Shown in pieces: positions 9,146 through 18,534 of a stretch of 64,000 bases of DNA (positions are counted from its first letter, which is position 1; each line of letters opens with the position of its first letter). Source of the stretch: Eubacteriales bacterium (GTDB lineage Bacteria; Bacillota; Clostridia; Oscillospirales; CAG-272); contig JAZQBL010000013.1 in the NCBI GenBank assembly GCA_045545665.1, positions 81,504-145,503 on the forward strand. Direction: 5' to 3'. The notes under the pieces were generated by a model that had not been told where the DNA came from, did no database searches, and was given only the letters and a program-made list of their open reading frames with translations. A program made the translations under genes and the position numbers.

Positions 9146-10060
9146 ATGAACATTCGCACAGATATGGCGCACGAGCTGCGCGAGGAATACATGAAGGAAT
9201 ATTCAAAAGATCACGAAGGTGAGCCTGACGGAATAGAATGTGACGTTTACGAATCACACGGTATAAAAACGACCAAAATCCGTGTATTTAATCAAAACGG
9301 CTCGGATATTCTCGGAAAGCCTGTCGGAAATTACTATTCCATGGACGTCGGCAAGCTTTGGCTGGCTGATTTTGATAAATTCAAGCATGCCGCAAACGAG
9401 CTTGTAAAAATAATATCATCTCTTTGCGACGTACACTCCTCAGTGCTTGTGGCAGGGCTTGGGAACAGATATATAACGTCCGACGCCATAGGACCGCTTG
9501 CCGTGAACAATCTTGTCGTATCTCACCACGTAAAGCAATACGAAAGAAAAATATACGATTCGGCAGGACTTGGGGACGTATCGGCTATCATCCCGGGGGT
9601 CCTTGCACAGACGGGAATAGATGCCGAAAAGCAGATAAAAGGAGCAGTTGAGATGCTGAAGCCGTCAAGCGTTATATTAATAGACGCTCTTGCCTGCAGA
9701 AGTCTTTCATCACTTACAACGACCGTTCAGGTAACTGACACGGGGATATCCCCGGGAAGCGGTGTCGGCAACGACAGGGGTGAGCTTTCCGAAAAGACAT
9801 TCGGTGTAAAAACCGTGTGCATCGGAATACCGACCGTAATTGATGCAAGAACGCTCGTGCGTGATGCGCTTGAATGTTGCACCGTTATGAACGATGATAA
9901 AAAGGAGTCGGTAATAAAATGCGCCTATCCCGAAAGCGGCAGTTACGTCTGCCCGAAGGATACCGACGTTGCGGTAGATGAAATGGCACGTCTTGCGGGC
10001 TACGCCGTAAACAAAGCGTTTCACAGAACGCTTTCGTATGAAGAAATGATGTATATGTAG
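9146..10060 (+). CDS. gpr: germination protease (spore endopeptidase)
   Basis: 304 aa. N-terminus MNIRTDMAHELRE..., GLGNRYITSDAIGP and IDALA motifs typical of GPR. Followed by spoIIP, as in Bacillus. Confidence 0.88.
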   Translation: MNIRTDMAHELREEYMKEYSKDHEGEPDGIECDVYESHGIKTTKIRVFNQNGSDILGKPVGNYYSMDVGKLWLADFDKFKHAANELVKIISSLCDVHSSVLVAGLGNRYITSDAIGPLAVNNLVVSHHVKQYERKIYDSAGLGDVSAIIPGVLAQTGIDAEKQIKGAVEMLKPSSVILIDALACRSLSSLTTTVQVTDTGISPGSGVGNDRGELSEKTFGVKTVCIGIPTVIDARTLVRDALECCTVMNDDKKESVIKCAYPESGSYVCPKDTDVAVDEMARLAGYAVNKAFHRTLSYEEMMYM

Positions 10061-10115
10061 TCATAAAAATTCCGTATTTTTCATATAATGTACCGTTAAT
10101 AAAAGGAGAAGGTAT

Positions 10116-11309
10116 ATGAAAAATACGGAATTTGATTTTAGAAATGTGAAAGAAAACACAGAAGAAAACAGAAAAAAGGGCGCAAAACGTCAGGCGGTAT
10201 ACAAAGCTTTCAAAACGTACGGGATATATCCCTTGACACTTTTTTGTCTTTTGTTCGGATTTATCTTCACGGTCGAAGACGGAATAAGTATGGTTATGAA
10301 AAACATCTCCGTAACAACGTCTCAAGACGTGCAAACGTATCCCGCAGAAGAAGATACCGTCGTGCAGGACACACTCGGCGAAAACAAAGACGTGTTTGAA
10401 TCGCCGTACGTAATGGGGCTTGACGACTCCGAACCGCTTGCCTTTACCGAATATTACTACCTTAACCGTGACGTTCTGCCGGATAATATATACGGCTTCA
10501 ACTACAACCTCGTACCCGAGGGACATCTTGGAATAATCCCGATATCGCTTGCAAAGGATCACGACGGTGAGGAGCTATATATAAAAAACGGTTCTTCTTA
10601 CGATATCGACACAGACGATTATAAAAACTTCACTCTTCCCGAATATGAAGAAACGGACGAATATACCGTTTTGATAGTCCACACCCACGGCACGGAAGCA
10701 TACACCCCGGACGGAGTGCTTTCGGACGATCCCGACGACCCTTATTCCACACGGTCATCCGATAACACGGAAAACGTCGTTTCCGTAGGTGCCGTTATGG
10801 ATGAAATATTTGAAAAAAACGGCATAAAGACTCTGCACTGCGATATTGCGCTCGACACTACCGTGGACGATTACAAAAAGGCATACACAGCAAGTAAAAA
10901 AATAATAAAGGATGCCTTGGATGAGCATCCTTCGATAAAATACGTTTTCGACGTCCACCGTGACGGACTTCTGCTTTCAAGCGGAGAAAAGGCAAAGGTA
11001 ATCTGTGAGGTTGACGGAAAGCTCGCCGCACAGGTAATGTGCGTCGTCGGAACGGACAGCCTCGGTGACGATCACGAAAATTGGGAAGAAAACCTTTCCT
11101 TTGCCCTGCTTTTACAAAGAACTCTTGAAGAAAAATACACCGATCTGTGCCGTCCGTCAAACATCAAGAAAAGCACGTACAATCAGCAGTACACGCCGTA
11201 CAGCTTACTGCTTGAAATGGGTACTGACGGAAACACCCTGGAAGAAGCGCAGTACACAGCCGAAATAGTGGCAAAAGAGCTGTGTCTTCTCATAAAGGGA
11301 GATCAATAG
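10116..11309 (+). CDS. spoIIP: stage II sporulation protein P
   Basis: N-terminal TM segment. VLIVHTHGTEAY and FDVHRDG motifs of the SpoIIP amidase family. Synteny with gpr. Confidence 0.82.
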   Translation: MKNTEFDFRNVKENTEENRKKGAKRQAVYKAFKTYGIYPLTLFCLLFGFIFTVEDGISMVMKNISVTTSQDVQTYPAEEDTVVQDTLGENKDVFESPYVMGLDDSEPLAFTEYYYLNRDVLPDNIYGFNYNLVPEGHLGIIPISLAKDHDGEELYIKNGSSYDIDTDDYKNFTLPEYEETDEYTVLIVHTHGTEAYTPDGVLSDDPDDPYSTRSSDNTENVVSVGAVMDEIFEKNGIKTLHCDIALDTTVDDYKKAYTASKKIIKDALDEHPSIKYVFDVHRDGLLLSSGEKAKVICEVDGKLAAQVMCVVGTDSLGDDHENWEENLSFALLLQRTLEEKYTDLCRPSNIKKSTYNQQYTPYSLLLEMGTDGNTLEEAQYTAEIVAKELCLLIKGDQ

Positions 11310-11845
11310 AGTCCTTCGCCCATTAAGAACGAGTATATGAATTTATAAAGATGCTCGGGGTTTTCGGTAAAGTTTTTTTCCATTCGCTTTGCCTGAAAAT
11401 CCGTTTCGGCATTTACAGTCACGGAGATGACACGGTTGCCTCTTCTGAATATCTGAAGTTCAAGGTCAACTGTGTCGTCTTCTCTTGCTTTAAGCGCTGT
11501 TTTAATTTTCGTCTTGCTTTTATCGAAAGCCAAAAACTGCATGGCGTGGCGTATTCCGTTTTCACGAACGTAGCCCGATATATCGCCTTTCAGCGTTCTT
11601 GCGATAAATTCACCCGACGGGGTTATTTCATACATATCCCCTTCTGTATTTTTTACGAAGCCTGCTTTTTTAAGCTCTTCAAATTGGTCGATAAAATCGT
11701 AGTTGCTTACGAAATCGTCCTGCAAAACGATATCGTTTATCTGGGAATATTTAAGCGGAAGATCCACGTAATTCATAAGTGTAAGTATGTAAAGCTTTAC
11801 GTCAGCCGGTTCTTTAAGTTTCAATTTTTCTACCTCGCGGAACAT
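11303..11845 (-). CDS. DUF4364-like putative regulator (start uncertain)
   Basis: VKLYILTLMNYVDLPLKYSQINDIV... resembles the DUF4364/PadR-like fold by recollection. The longest ORF starts at a TTG with no RBS, so the ATG at 11845 was used. Confidence 0.5.
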   Translation of the reverse strand: MFREVEKLKLKEPADVKLYILTLMNYVDLPLKYSQINDIVLQDDFVSNYDFIDQFEELKKAGFVKNTEGDMYEITPSGEFIARTLKGDISGYVRENGIRHAMQFLAFDKSKTKIKTALKAREDDTVDLELQIFRRGNRVISVTVNAETDFQAKRMEKNFTENPEHLYKFIYSFLMGEGLY

Positions 11846-11935
11846 TAAAATAATATACGGTAACAATTTTATCACAAATTTGAGCAAAAATACAATATTT
11901 TGCTGTAAAATTAGTAAATTTTTTTTGAATATCTA

Positions 11936-11963
11936 TTGACATTGTTAAAAAATATGATATAAT
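11936..11963 (+). promoter_or_regulatory. sigma-A-type promoter of the sigma-factor gene
   Basis: TTGACA (11936-11941), 16 nt spacer, TATAAT (11958-11963). The track's ATG at 11962 lies inside the -10 box. Confidence 0.55.
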
Positions 11964-12006
11964 GTATATAAAGATATTGACAAGATGTGAAAGGGGCGGG
12001 AGTAAC

Positions 12007-12564
12007 GTGTGCCGCGAATCTGATGTTACGCTTGCCAAAAACGGCGACAAGGATGCATTTGTAAGACTTCTTGAGGCATATACGCCGCTTATCTCTTCAC
12101 TTTCAAGCCAGTTCTATTCCGATGATACGTCAGCAAACGTCGGTATGGACGACCTTATGCAGGAAGCAAGTATCGCCTTTTACAACGCCGTGCTTTCGTA
12201 TACGGAAGGAAAAAACACCACGTTCGGTCTTTATGCAAAGATCTGCATAAGAAACCGTCTTGTATCGTATATGCGCCGTATGTGCGTCGGCATCGACGTC
12301 AAGACCGAGGATATCGAAAAGCTTATCGACTCGTCCGTTGCACCGCAAGCGGACGGTCCGCTTGAGCTTCTTATATCCGAGGAAGAAGTAAAAACGATGC
12401 AGGAGAATATACGCTCCGTTCTTACAGATTACGAATACAGCGTATTTTCCCTTTTCGTTCAAGGAACGGCAGTATCCGAAATAGCGTCAGAGTTGAATGC
12501 GGGTGAAAAATCCGTGCACAACGCGATTTCAAGAGTCAGAAGCAAGCTTAAAAAAATGTATTGA
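12007..12564 (+). CDS. sigma-70 family RNA polymerase sigma factor (regions 2 and 4)
   Basis: GTG start at 12007 after AAAGGGG. DDLMQEASIAFYNAV (region 2) and AVSEIASELNAGEKSVHNAISRVRSKLKK (region 4 HTH). Confidence 0.8.
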   Translation: MCRESDVTLAKNGDKDAFVRLLEAYTPLISSLSSQFYSDDTSANVGMDDLMQEASIAFYNAVLSYTEGKNTTFGLYAKICIRNRLVSYMRRMCVGIDVKTEDIEKLIDSSVAPQADGPLELLISEEEVKTMQENIRSVLTDYEYSVFSLFVQGTAVSEIASELNAGEKSVHNAISRVRSKLKKMY

Positions 12565-12676
12565 CAATTTATGTCCTGGTAGCTTAAGCAGAGCGTTGAT
12601 TTTCAAAGGTGGCGGTCTGAATCCGTCCGGGGGCAAAAAAAATATTTTTATCCAAATTAAAGCGAGGTAGCAAAAC

Positions 12677-12958
12677 ATGTACGAAGACAAGAAGTTGGTT
12701 TGTAAAGACTGTAACGAAGAATTCATCTTTACAGCAGGTGAGCAGGCTTTCTATGCAGAAAGAGGCTTCCAGAACGAACCCCAGAGATGCAAGAGTTGCC
12801 GTGATGCAAGAAAAAATGCAGGCAAGCCCCCCAGAGAATATCACACGGCTGTTTGCGCTAAGTGCGGCGGAGAAGCAAGAATTCCCTTCCAGCCCAGCAA
12901 CGACAGACCTGTATATTGCAGCGAATGTTTCGCAGCAATGAAGAACGCTGAAGAATAA
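12677..12958 (+). CDS. CxxC-x17-CxxC zinc-ribbon protein
   Basis: Two CxxC...CxxC units (CKDC...CKSC and CAKC...CSEC) with FTAGEQAFYAERGFQNEPQRC, a widely conserved small protein family. Confidence 0.8.
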   Translation: MYEDKKLVCKDCNEEFIFTAGEQAFYAERGFQNEPQRCKSCRDARKNAGKPPREYHTAVCAKCGGEARIPFQPSNDRPVYCSECFAAMKNAEE

Positions 12959-13014
12959 TTCTTTACCGTTCCAAACACCTTTTTCAAAATTTTTAATAAA
13001 GATGTTTACAAAAT

Positions 13015-13054
13015 TCGGCAGAGATATTACATCTCTGCCGATTTGTGTTATAAT
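13015..13054 (+). promoter_or_regulatory. 11-bp-arm palindrome plus extended -10 (TGTTATAAT); copy of the RAYT-locus module
   Basis: tcggcagagat-attac-atctctgccga (13015-13041), then TGTTATAAT (13046-13054). 23 + 11 nt identical to 63068-63108 in reverse orientation. Confidence 0.55.
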
Positions 13055-13134
13055 AGGACAGTAAAGATCAACGACTGCCGAAGGTTACCCTTTGAAAGTC
13101 AACAGATATAATTCAACCAAAGGAGATAGCTTAT

Positions 13135-13662
13135 ATGGGAAAAATTCTCGGTTCCTGGAGCGGAATGAGAAAATATCTTGAAGAAGATATGCTTGCACAG
13201 TCATTGCAAGGCAGAATAAGATACGGCTGTACTTCTTACACAGGAATGGATGGATGCCGTTTTTTTGAAGTATGTATTGATAAAAAGCAGGTAAAGCGTT
13301 TCTCCTGGGAGACCGTAAACACGTATTTTATCGACAACGGATACAAAAAAAATTCCTCTCCGTACGGCATAGGTGAGTATTGGGAAGGATTTCATTCTCT
13401 GCTGAAAAAATACCCCGTAAGCGAACGTACGGAATATACCGACGAAGAATTTTGCAACGCCTTGGAAACATACCGTAACCAAGATATTCAAGAAAGCATA
13501 TTTTCGGGCGATCCTATCGTCAGAATGTTTGCAATTCTTGACAGGAGAACAGGAAAAAGAACCCTGCAAAAATTACGACCTTCTATCGAAAACGGTCCCC
13601 AATGGCTGCGTCAATTTTACTTATTAAGATCAAACGCAGAAACCACCCCAGACAGACTTTGA
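13135..13662 (+). CDS. conserved hypothetical protein (SF0329-like family by recollection)
   Basis: 175 aa. FAILDRRTGKRTL and PQWLRQFYLLR resemble the uncharacterised SF0329 family. GGAG RBS. Confidence 0.65.
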   Translation: MGKILGSWSGMRKYLEEDMLAQSLQGRIRYGCTSYTGMDGCRFFEVCIDKKQVKRFSWETVNTYFIDNGYKKNSSPYGIGEYWEGFHSLLKKYPVSERTEYTDEEFCNALETYRNQDIQESIFSGDPIVRMFAILDRRTGKRTLQKLRPSIENGPQWLRQFYLLRSNAETTPDRL

Positions 13663-13719
13663 CTATCTGTTGGGGGTGTGATTTTTATTACAAAAAACTA
13701 CTTTTTATATCTCGTTTTC

Positions 13720-14184
13720 TCAACCCGTTACAACGGTAAAATAGTTTTCCAAAAGCTCCGACGGCATATTGTAAAGCACAGTGCCCTCATTTGTATCGTC
13801 ACGTATGCACAGATAAAGAGTATCTTCTTCAAGATAGTATTTATCTTTAAAATATCGAATCCCCGCCTTTGCCTTTATGGGATCAAGCTGTGTTCCGTCA
13901 CATTCGGGCGGCAGATATTCCCAAAGCGTATGCGCCGCCGTGGGTATCCAAGCGGAATTTGACGTATGCGCCTGCAAGCACTTATACACATCGCCTTCAT
14001 ACACTGCCGTACTGCCTGTTGCGTATTGTTTATTTTCTTCCCAAGCAGGAAGAGATGAGCTTATTCGGTTAAGCTCATTTGATGTCAAAACCTCGGAAAG
14101 CATCTGATTTTCAGAAGTACAGAGCTTTTCAAGCACCTTCATTTTTTCGTTATACGCATACACCGCGCGCTTAAGTCTTTGCAT
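13720..14184 (-). CDS. CBM5/12 (chitin-binding type 3)-motif protein, phage tail-fibre accessory-like
   Basis: AWEENKQYATGSTAVYEGDVYKCLQAHTSNSAWIPTAAHTLW matches the ChtBD3 pattern (YKCLQxHTSxxxWxP...LW). Its ATG overlaps the stop of the upstream gene. Confidence 0.7.
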   Translation of the reverse strand: MQRLKRAVYAYNEKMKVLEKLCTSENQMLSEVLTSNELNRISSSLPAWEENKQYATGSTAVYEGDVYKCLQAHTSNSAWIPTAAHTLWEYLPPECDGTQLDPIKAKAGIRYFKDKYYLEEDTLYLCIRDDTNEGTVLYNMPSELLENYFTVVTG

Positions 14185-15557
14185 TATGCCTCACCCCCTT
14201 CTGCCAGGAGTGTGAGCTGTGTTTTAAGCTCTTCTATATCGCTTTTCAGCGAATCTATGACGAGAATCGTGTCGGCATTGTAAGATACCTCAAACGGTAC
14301 ACGGCGGACGTTTATGTTCACTTTTGGAGCATCAAAGATTATTTCTATCGGCGATACTTTATCAATGAACGGTTCTGCATATTCGTAATAAACGGTTATA
14401 TCGGTACCGTTTTCGATCTCTCGTTCGATAAGCGAACAGAACTGTGCTTTTGCATTTTCATCATCAAGTTTTTCATTCCCGTATGCAAAATACATCGTTC
14501 CGTCGTCATAGTAACAGCCGTTTTCACATTCGCCAATGGAGTCACAACGTACGAAATGCGTGCACAGCGCGTTCGTTCCCTTTTTGCCGCGGGGATACAT
14601 TTCAGATGTATCCGTGAAAAAATTTGTATTTTTGTCCGATACGTTTACAGGTGTCACATCATAAGCAAGAGAGGCGCAATTTCCGCTCACCTCGTCAACA
14701 AGAAACAGTTTACCGTCGATCTTTTTGAATTTCGCAACACCTACTCTGTGAATTATTTCACCCTTTAAAATGTCGTACTCGTCCCTTGTTTTATCATCAA
14801 GAGAATATAAATCCACTTCTTTTTCAAGCGTTATATATTTTGAACCGACAAAGAGCCTCGTCGGCTCCTGTTTTGAAAAAGACGAAGGGCTGTCGGGAGA
14901 TTTTCCCAAAGGCGGGATCGTTTCCTGCGTTCCTCCAAACAAACTGAAAGTGAGAAACTTTGAACCGACAAGAACATTTTTAAGAAGCGACGAAGTCGTC
15001 GATCCGTCGTTTTTTACGTTTACTCTGTAGACGTTGGCATAATTTACGGAATGCTCGTAAAGCTCTTTTGCAAGCTCCTGACGCTCAAGCTCGGCTTCTT
15101 TTCGTTTTTCTTCCGCAGCCGCTCTTTCTTTTTCTTTTTCGCTTACAGATAATACACTGTCCGAAAGCGCAGACTGTTCGTTTTTCAGTTCATCATAGCA
15201 AGAAACGAGCTGTAAATATACGTCCTCTACAGGTTCTGCCGGCGTACCGTTCGGTGTCAGAATACTGCTTCGGCACGGTATTTTTGCAGGGGCGGTCGTG
15301 CGTACTGCAGGTGCGTATACGCCGAGATATACAGCAGGCGGCGATATTATTTCACGCGGGATAAGCACCGTATTGTTGTTCGGCAAAATAACGTCAACGT
15401 AATTTTTTCCGTTTGTAAATCTTACCGTTTTCGTTACTCCGTCCCACTCTCCGTCAAATGTGAAATGCACGGAATAATCCGAATTGTCGCATATAACGGG
15501 ATCCGCTTCGTTCATTTGTGTAAGTGTTTTGTTTTCGATTTTAAAATCAAATTGCAT
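14184..15557 (-). CDS. phage tail-fibre/structural-like protein (hypothetical)
   Basis: Start set at MQFDFKIENK (ATG 15555-15557) behind GGAAAGGAA. N-terminal DNSDYSVHFTFDGEWDGVTKTVRF block recalls prophage tail proteins. Central EKEKERAAAEEKRKEAELERQE coiled coil. Confidence 0.55.
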   Translation of the reverse strand: MQFDFKIENKTLTQMNEADPVICDNSDYSVHFTFDGEWDGVTKTVRFTNGKNYVDVILPNNNTVLIPREIISPPAVYLGVYAPAVRTTAPAKIPCRSSILTPNGTPAEPVEDVYLQLVSCYDELKNEQSALSDSVLSVSEKEKERAAAEEKRKEAELERQELAKELYEHSVNYANVYRVNVKNDGSTTSSLLKNVLVGSKFLTFSLFGGTQETIPPLGKSPDSPSSFSKQEPTRLFVGSKYITLEKEVDLYSLDDKTRDEYDILKGEIIHRVGVAKFKKIDGKLFLVDEVSGNCASLAYDVTPVNVSDKNTNFFTDTSEMYPRGKKGTNALCTHFVRCDSIGECENGCYYDDGTMYFAYGNEKLDDENAKAQFCSLIEREIENGTDITVYYEYAEPFIDKVSPIEIIFDAPKVNINVRRVPFEVSYNADTILVIDSLKSDIEELKTQLTLLAEGGEA

Positions 15558-15621
15558 TTGTTCCTTTCCATCGGCAAGTGCCGATTTTTTCGGGCGGAAA
15601 GCGAACATATGTTCTTTTTTG

Positions 15622-15650
15622 ATTATACCACAAAACTCTTTTTTTGTCAA
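15622..15650 (-). promoter_or_regulatory. consensus sigma-A promoter of the tail-fibre-like cassette
   Basis: Minus strand TTGACA (15645-15650), 17 nt spacer, TGGTATAAT (15622-15630): perfect -35 and -10 plus extended TG. Confidence 0.65.
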
Positions 15651-15681
15651 TAGAAATCTCAAAAACGCCCGCTTGCCGAGT

Positions 15682-16578
15682 TTAATTGCTCGGCAGCAGC
15701 TCTTCATACGCTTTTATTATTTTTCCGCGTGTTTCGCTTTTGCACCGTACGAGCGGCAGGCGCAATTCGTCCGAACACACCCCGATATGCGCCAAAAGCG
15801 TTTTGATCCCGATTGGGTTTGTTTCGCCGTTCAGCGCACTTATCAGCGGATAAATCTTTTCAAATTCCGCCTTTGCTCCGTCCGTGTCGCCTAAAACAAA
15901 TTTATCGCAGATCTTTTGCATCTCGCACGGCAAAGCGTTCGAAACAACGCTGACACACCCCTTAGCTCCCAAAGAAAGAAACGGCAGTATAAGATTATCG
16001 TTTCCGCAGTATATATCACATCCCGAAAGGCTTGTAAGCTTTTCGGTTACGTCATTTATATCGGTGGATGCTTCTTTAAGCGCACTTATATTTTCATGCG
16101 CGAAAAGAAGCTCTGCCGTTTTGCACGAGATATTAACGCCCGTGCGTGACGGTACGTTGTACATCATCAAAGGTATGTCAAGTGCCTCTGCTACGGAAAG
16201 ATAATGGCGTATAAGTCCTTCCTGCGGAGGTTTATTGTAATACGGCGTTACGGTAAGTATACCGTTTACGCCTATTCTTTGCGCTGACAGTGCGGAGTTT
16301 ACAGCCCCCATTGTATCGGCACCTCCGCAGCCTGCTATAACAAACGTCCTGCCGTCGGCGCATCTTACGGCAAAATCAAGTATTTTTTCTCTTTCCAAAG
16401 GTGTTACAGCAGGGCTTTCGCCCGTCGTGCCGAGTATAACTATTCCGTCTGCCCCTGCTTTTATCTGTCTGTTTATAAGCGCTTTGAAAGACGGATAATC
16501 CACCTGTGTATTTGTAAAAGGTGTAACGAGTGCGCTTATCACACCTTGCGGAAATCTCTTTTTATCTGTATAGTTCAT
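15682..16578 (-). CDS. dapA: 4-hydroxy-tetrahydrodipicolinate synthase
   Basis: 298 aa. ALVTPF, GTTGESPA and YNVPSRTG motifs of DapA. Confidence 0.9.
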   Translation of the reverse strand: MNYTDKKRFPQGVISALVTPFTNTQVDYPSFKALINRQIKAGADGIVILGTTGESPAVTPLEREKILDFAVRCADGRTFVIAGCGGADTMGAVNSALSAQRIGVNGILTVTPYYNKPPQEGLIRHYLSVAEALDIPLMMYNVPSRTGVNISCKTAELLFAHENISALKEASTDINDVTEKLTSLSGCDIYCGNDNLILPFLSLGAKGCVSVVSNALPCEMQKICDKFVLGDTDGAKAEFEKIYPLISALNGETNPIGIKTLLAHIGVCSDELRLPLVRCKSETRGKIIKAYEELLPSN

Positions 16579-16700
16579 TTTGCACCCCGTAATAAATAAC
16601 AGTTGAAATTTTCACATAATATCAATATAATATGAAAATCCCTTATATATTTTATTCGGGATACTTTTAATTGCCAATCTTAATTTTCGAAGGGGAGCAA

Positions 16701-17768
16701 ATGAATAACGACGGACTTTCAACAAAGGATTATTTTTACCATCTGCCCGAGGAGCTTATAGCGCAGTCGCCGGCAGAAAAAAGAGATGCCTCTCGCCTTA
16801 TGTGCGTTGACAGAAAAACAGGAGAGATATCGCACCGCATATTTCACGATATAAAAGAGTTTCTCGTCCCCGGAGACGTACTTGTAATAAACAATTCAAA
16901 GGTAATTCCCGCAAGGATACTCGGTGAAAAAAAGAAAAAAGAAGGCAGCGTATCTGACGGTGCAAAAGTCGAGCTTCTTTTGCTCAGGGCACGCGGTAAC
17001 GACGTATGGGAATGTATCGTTCATCCCGGCAAGCGTTTGAAGGTCGGTGCTGAAATGACCTTTTCGGGAATACTTGAAGCCACGATCGAGGAAGTGCTTG
17101 ATAACGGCAACAGAACGGTAAGCTTTAAATACGACAAAGAAAAATACGGAAATATATTTGCCGTTTTGGACAAGGTCGGAAATATGCCCACGCCGCCGTA
17201 CATAACGAAAAAGCTTGAAGACAAGAGCAGATACCAGACGGTCTACGCCGACAAAAACGGCTCGGCTGCTGCCCCCACAGCAGGACTTCATTTCACGAAG
17301 GAGCTGCTTTCAGAAATCGAAGAAATGGGTGTCAAAGTCGTGCCCGTAATGCTTCACGTCGGACTCGGCACGTTCCGTCCTGTAAAGGTCGACAACATAA
17401 AAGAGCATAAAATGCACTCGGAATACTTTGAAATTTCCGAGGAAAGCGCAAACATAATAAACACGGCAAAAAAGAACGGATCGAGAATAATTTCCGTAGG
17501 TACGACGTCGACCCGTGTGCTTGAAAGCGCATCGGATGACGACGGCACTCTTCACGCAATGAGCAGGGACACGGATATATTTATTTATCCCGGGTACAAA
17601 TTCAAGGTCGTGGACGGACTTATAACGAATTTTCACCTGCCCGAAAGCACCCTGCTTATGCTCGTATCGGCATTTTCATCAAGAGATATAATGCTTAACG
17701 CATACGACGTTGCTGTAAATGAAAAATACCGCTTCTTCTCCTTCGGAGATGCGATGTTTATATGTTAA
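16701..17768 (+). CDS. queA: S-adenosylmethionine:tRNA ribosyltransferase-isomerase
   Basis: ATG at 16701 after [43 protein letters not shown]. Confidence 0.92.
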   Translation: MNNDGLSTKDYFYHLPEELIAQSPAEKRDASRLMCVDRKTGEISHRIFHDIKEFLVPGDVLVINNSKVIPARILGEKKKKEGSVSDGAKVELLLLRARGNDVWECIVHPGKRLKVGAEMTFSGILEATIEEVLDNGNRTVSFKYDKEKYGNIFAVLDKVGNMPTPPYITKKLEDKSRYQTVYADKNGSAAAPTAGLHFTKELLSEIEEMGVKVVPVMLHVGLGTFRPVKVDNIKEHKMHSEYFEISEESANIINTAKKNGSRIISVGTTSTRVLESASDDDGTLHAMSRDTDIFIYPGYKFKVVDGLITNFHLPESTLLMLVSAFSSRDIMLNAYDVAVNEKYRFFSFGDAMFIC

Positions 17769-17827
17769 AAATCCAACACGTAATGCACACAATAACAGTG
17801 TTTATGTGAAAATCACAACATAATATG

Positions 17828-17856
17828 TTGACAGATCGGGCATAATATGATATACT
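17828..17856 (+). promoter_or_regulatory. promoter of the dinJ-yafQ pair
   Basis: TTGACA (17828-17833), 17 nt spacer, TATACT (17851-17856). Confidence 0.5.
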
Positions 17857-17878
17857 GTTATCGAAAGGAGTTGATATT

Positions 17879-18160
17879 ATGTCTAAAGTATCTACGAACA
17901 TCAGCCTTGATGCCGAAACCAAAACAAAAGCGCAGGCGTTGCTTGCCGATCTTGGAATGGATCTTTCTACCGCTGTAAACATTTTTCTTCGTCAAATGCT
18001 TTATGAAGGCGGAATTCCGTTTTCCATTACCAGAGAAGTTCCCAACAAAATTACTCTTGAAGCGATGAAAGAGTCGCAGGAAATGTTCCGTTCTCCCGAG
18101 AAGTACAAGAAGTATGACAACGTAGACAGTATGATGGAGGACATTTTAGGTGAGGTATGA
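17879..18160 (+). CDS. dinJ: type II antitoxin, RelB/DinJ family
   Basis: 93 aa. NISLDAETKTKAQALLADLGMDLSTAVNIFLRQ (ribbon-helix-helix DinJ signature). Overlaps the toxin gene by 11 nt. Confidence 0.85.
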   Translation: MSKVSTNISLDAETKTKAQALLADLGMDLSTAVNIFLRQMLYEGGIPFSITREVPNKITLEAMKESQEMFRSPEKYKKYDNVDSMMEDILGEV

Positions 18161-18425
18161 GATCATCCCTTCCAATCAATTCAAGAAGGACTTAAAATTA
18201 GCGCAAAAACGCGGATATGATCTTGATAAAATAAAAAAGGTTATTACTGCTCTTGCAAACGGCGAAACACTTGAAGCAAAATATCGTGATCATTTGCTTA
18301 CCGGTGATTACGGTGGGTATCGAGAATGTCATATTCAACCGGATTGGTTGTTAGTATATCAAATAAACGGAGATCAATTGATATTGTTCTTGGCTCGAAC
18401 GGGCACACACAGTGATTTGTTTTGA
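18150..18425 (+). CDS. yafQ: type II toxin, YafQ/RelE family mRNA interferase
   Basis: 91 aa. FKKDLKLAQKRGYDL...LLTGDYGGYRECHIQPDWLLVYQ...LARTGTHSDLF, a typical YafQ. Confidence 0.85.
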   Translation: MRYEIIPSNQFKKDLKLAQKRGYDLDKIKKVITALANGETLEAKYRDHLLTGDYGGYRECHIQPDWLLVYQINGDQLILFLARTGTHSDLF

Positions 18426-18534
18426 GGTTTGCCGATTGGTTTGTGCAATCTTACCAATCGGTAAAATCTTATATAACATCACCATCATGGATTCGATGTT
18501 GATCTTATAGAAGAATTACGGAATTTAAATAATG

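Noticed and set aside
12571-12640. tRNA-like fragment upstream of the zinc-ribbon gene: a D-arm-like TAGCTTAAGCAGAGC and a T-arm-like GGCGGTCTGAATCCGTC.
   Set aside because: No acceptor stem can be paired. The anticodon arm collapses to ttga-ttt-tcaa, the T-loop deviates from TTCGAAT, and there is no CCA context. At best it is a degenerate remnant, and more likely it is the 5' UTR or terminator region of the neighbouring genes.
13678-15707. Possible prophage, suggested by tail-fibre-like proteins.
   Set aside because: Only two phage-like genes are present. Housekeeping genes (dapA, queA) and a conserved hypothetical flank them directly, and there is no integrase, att repeat or other phage module. 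The locus is kept as a finding (orphan cassette), not as a prophage. The 507-aa longest ORF start (15707) was also rejected because it overlaps dapA and lacks an RBS.
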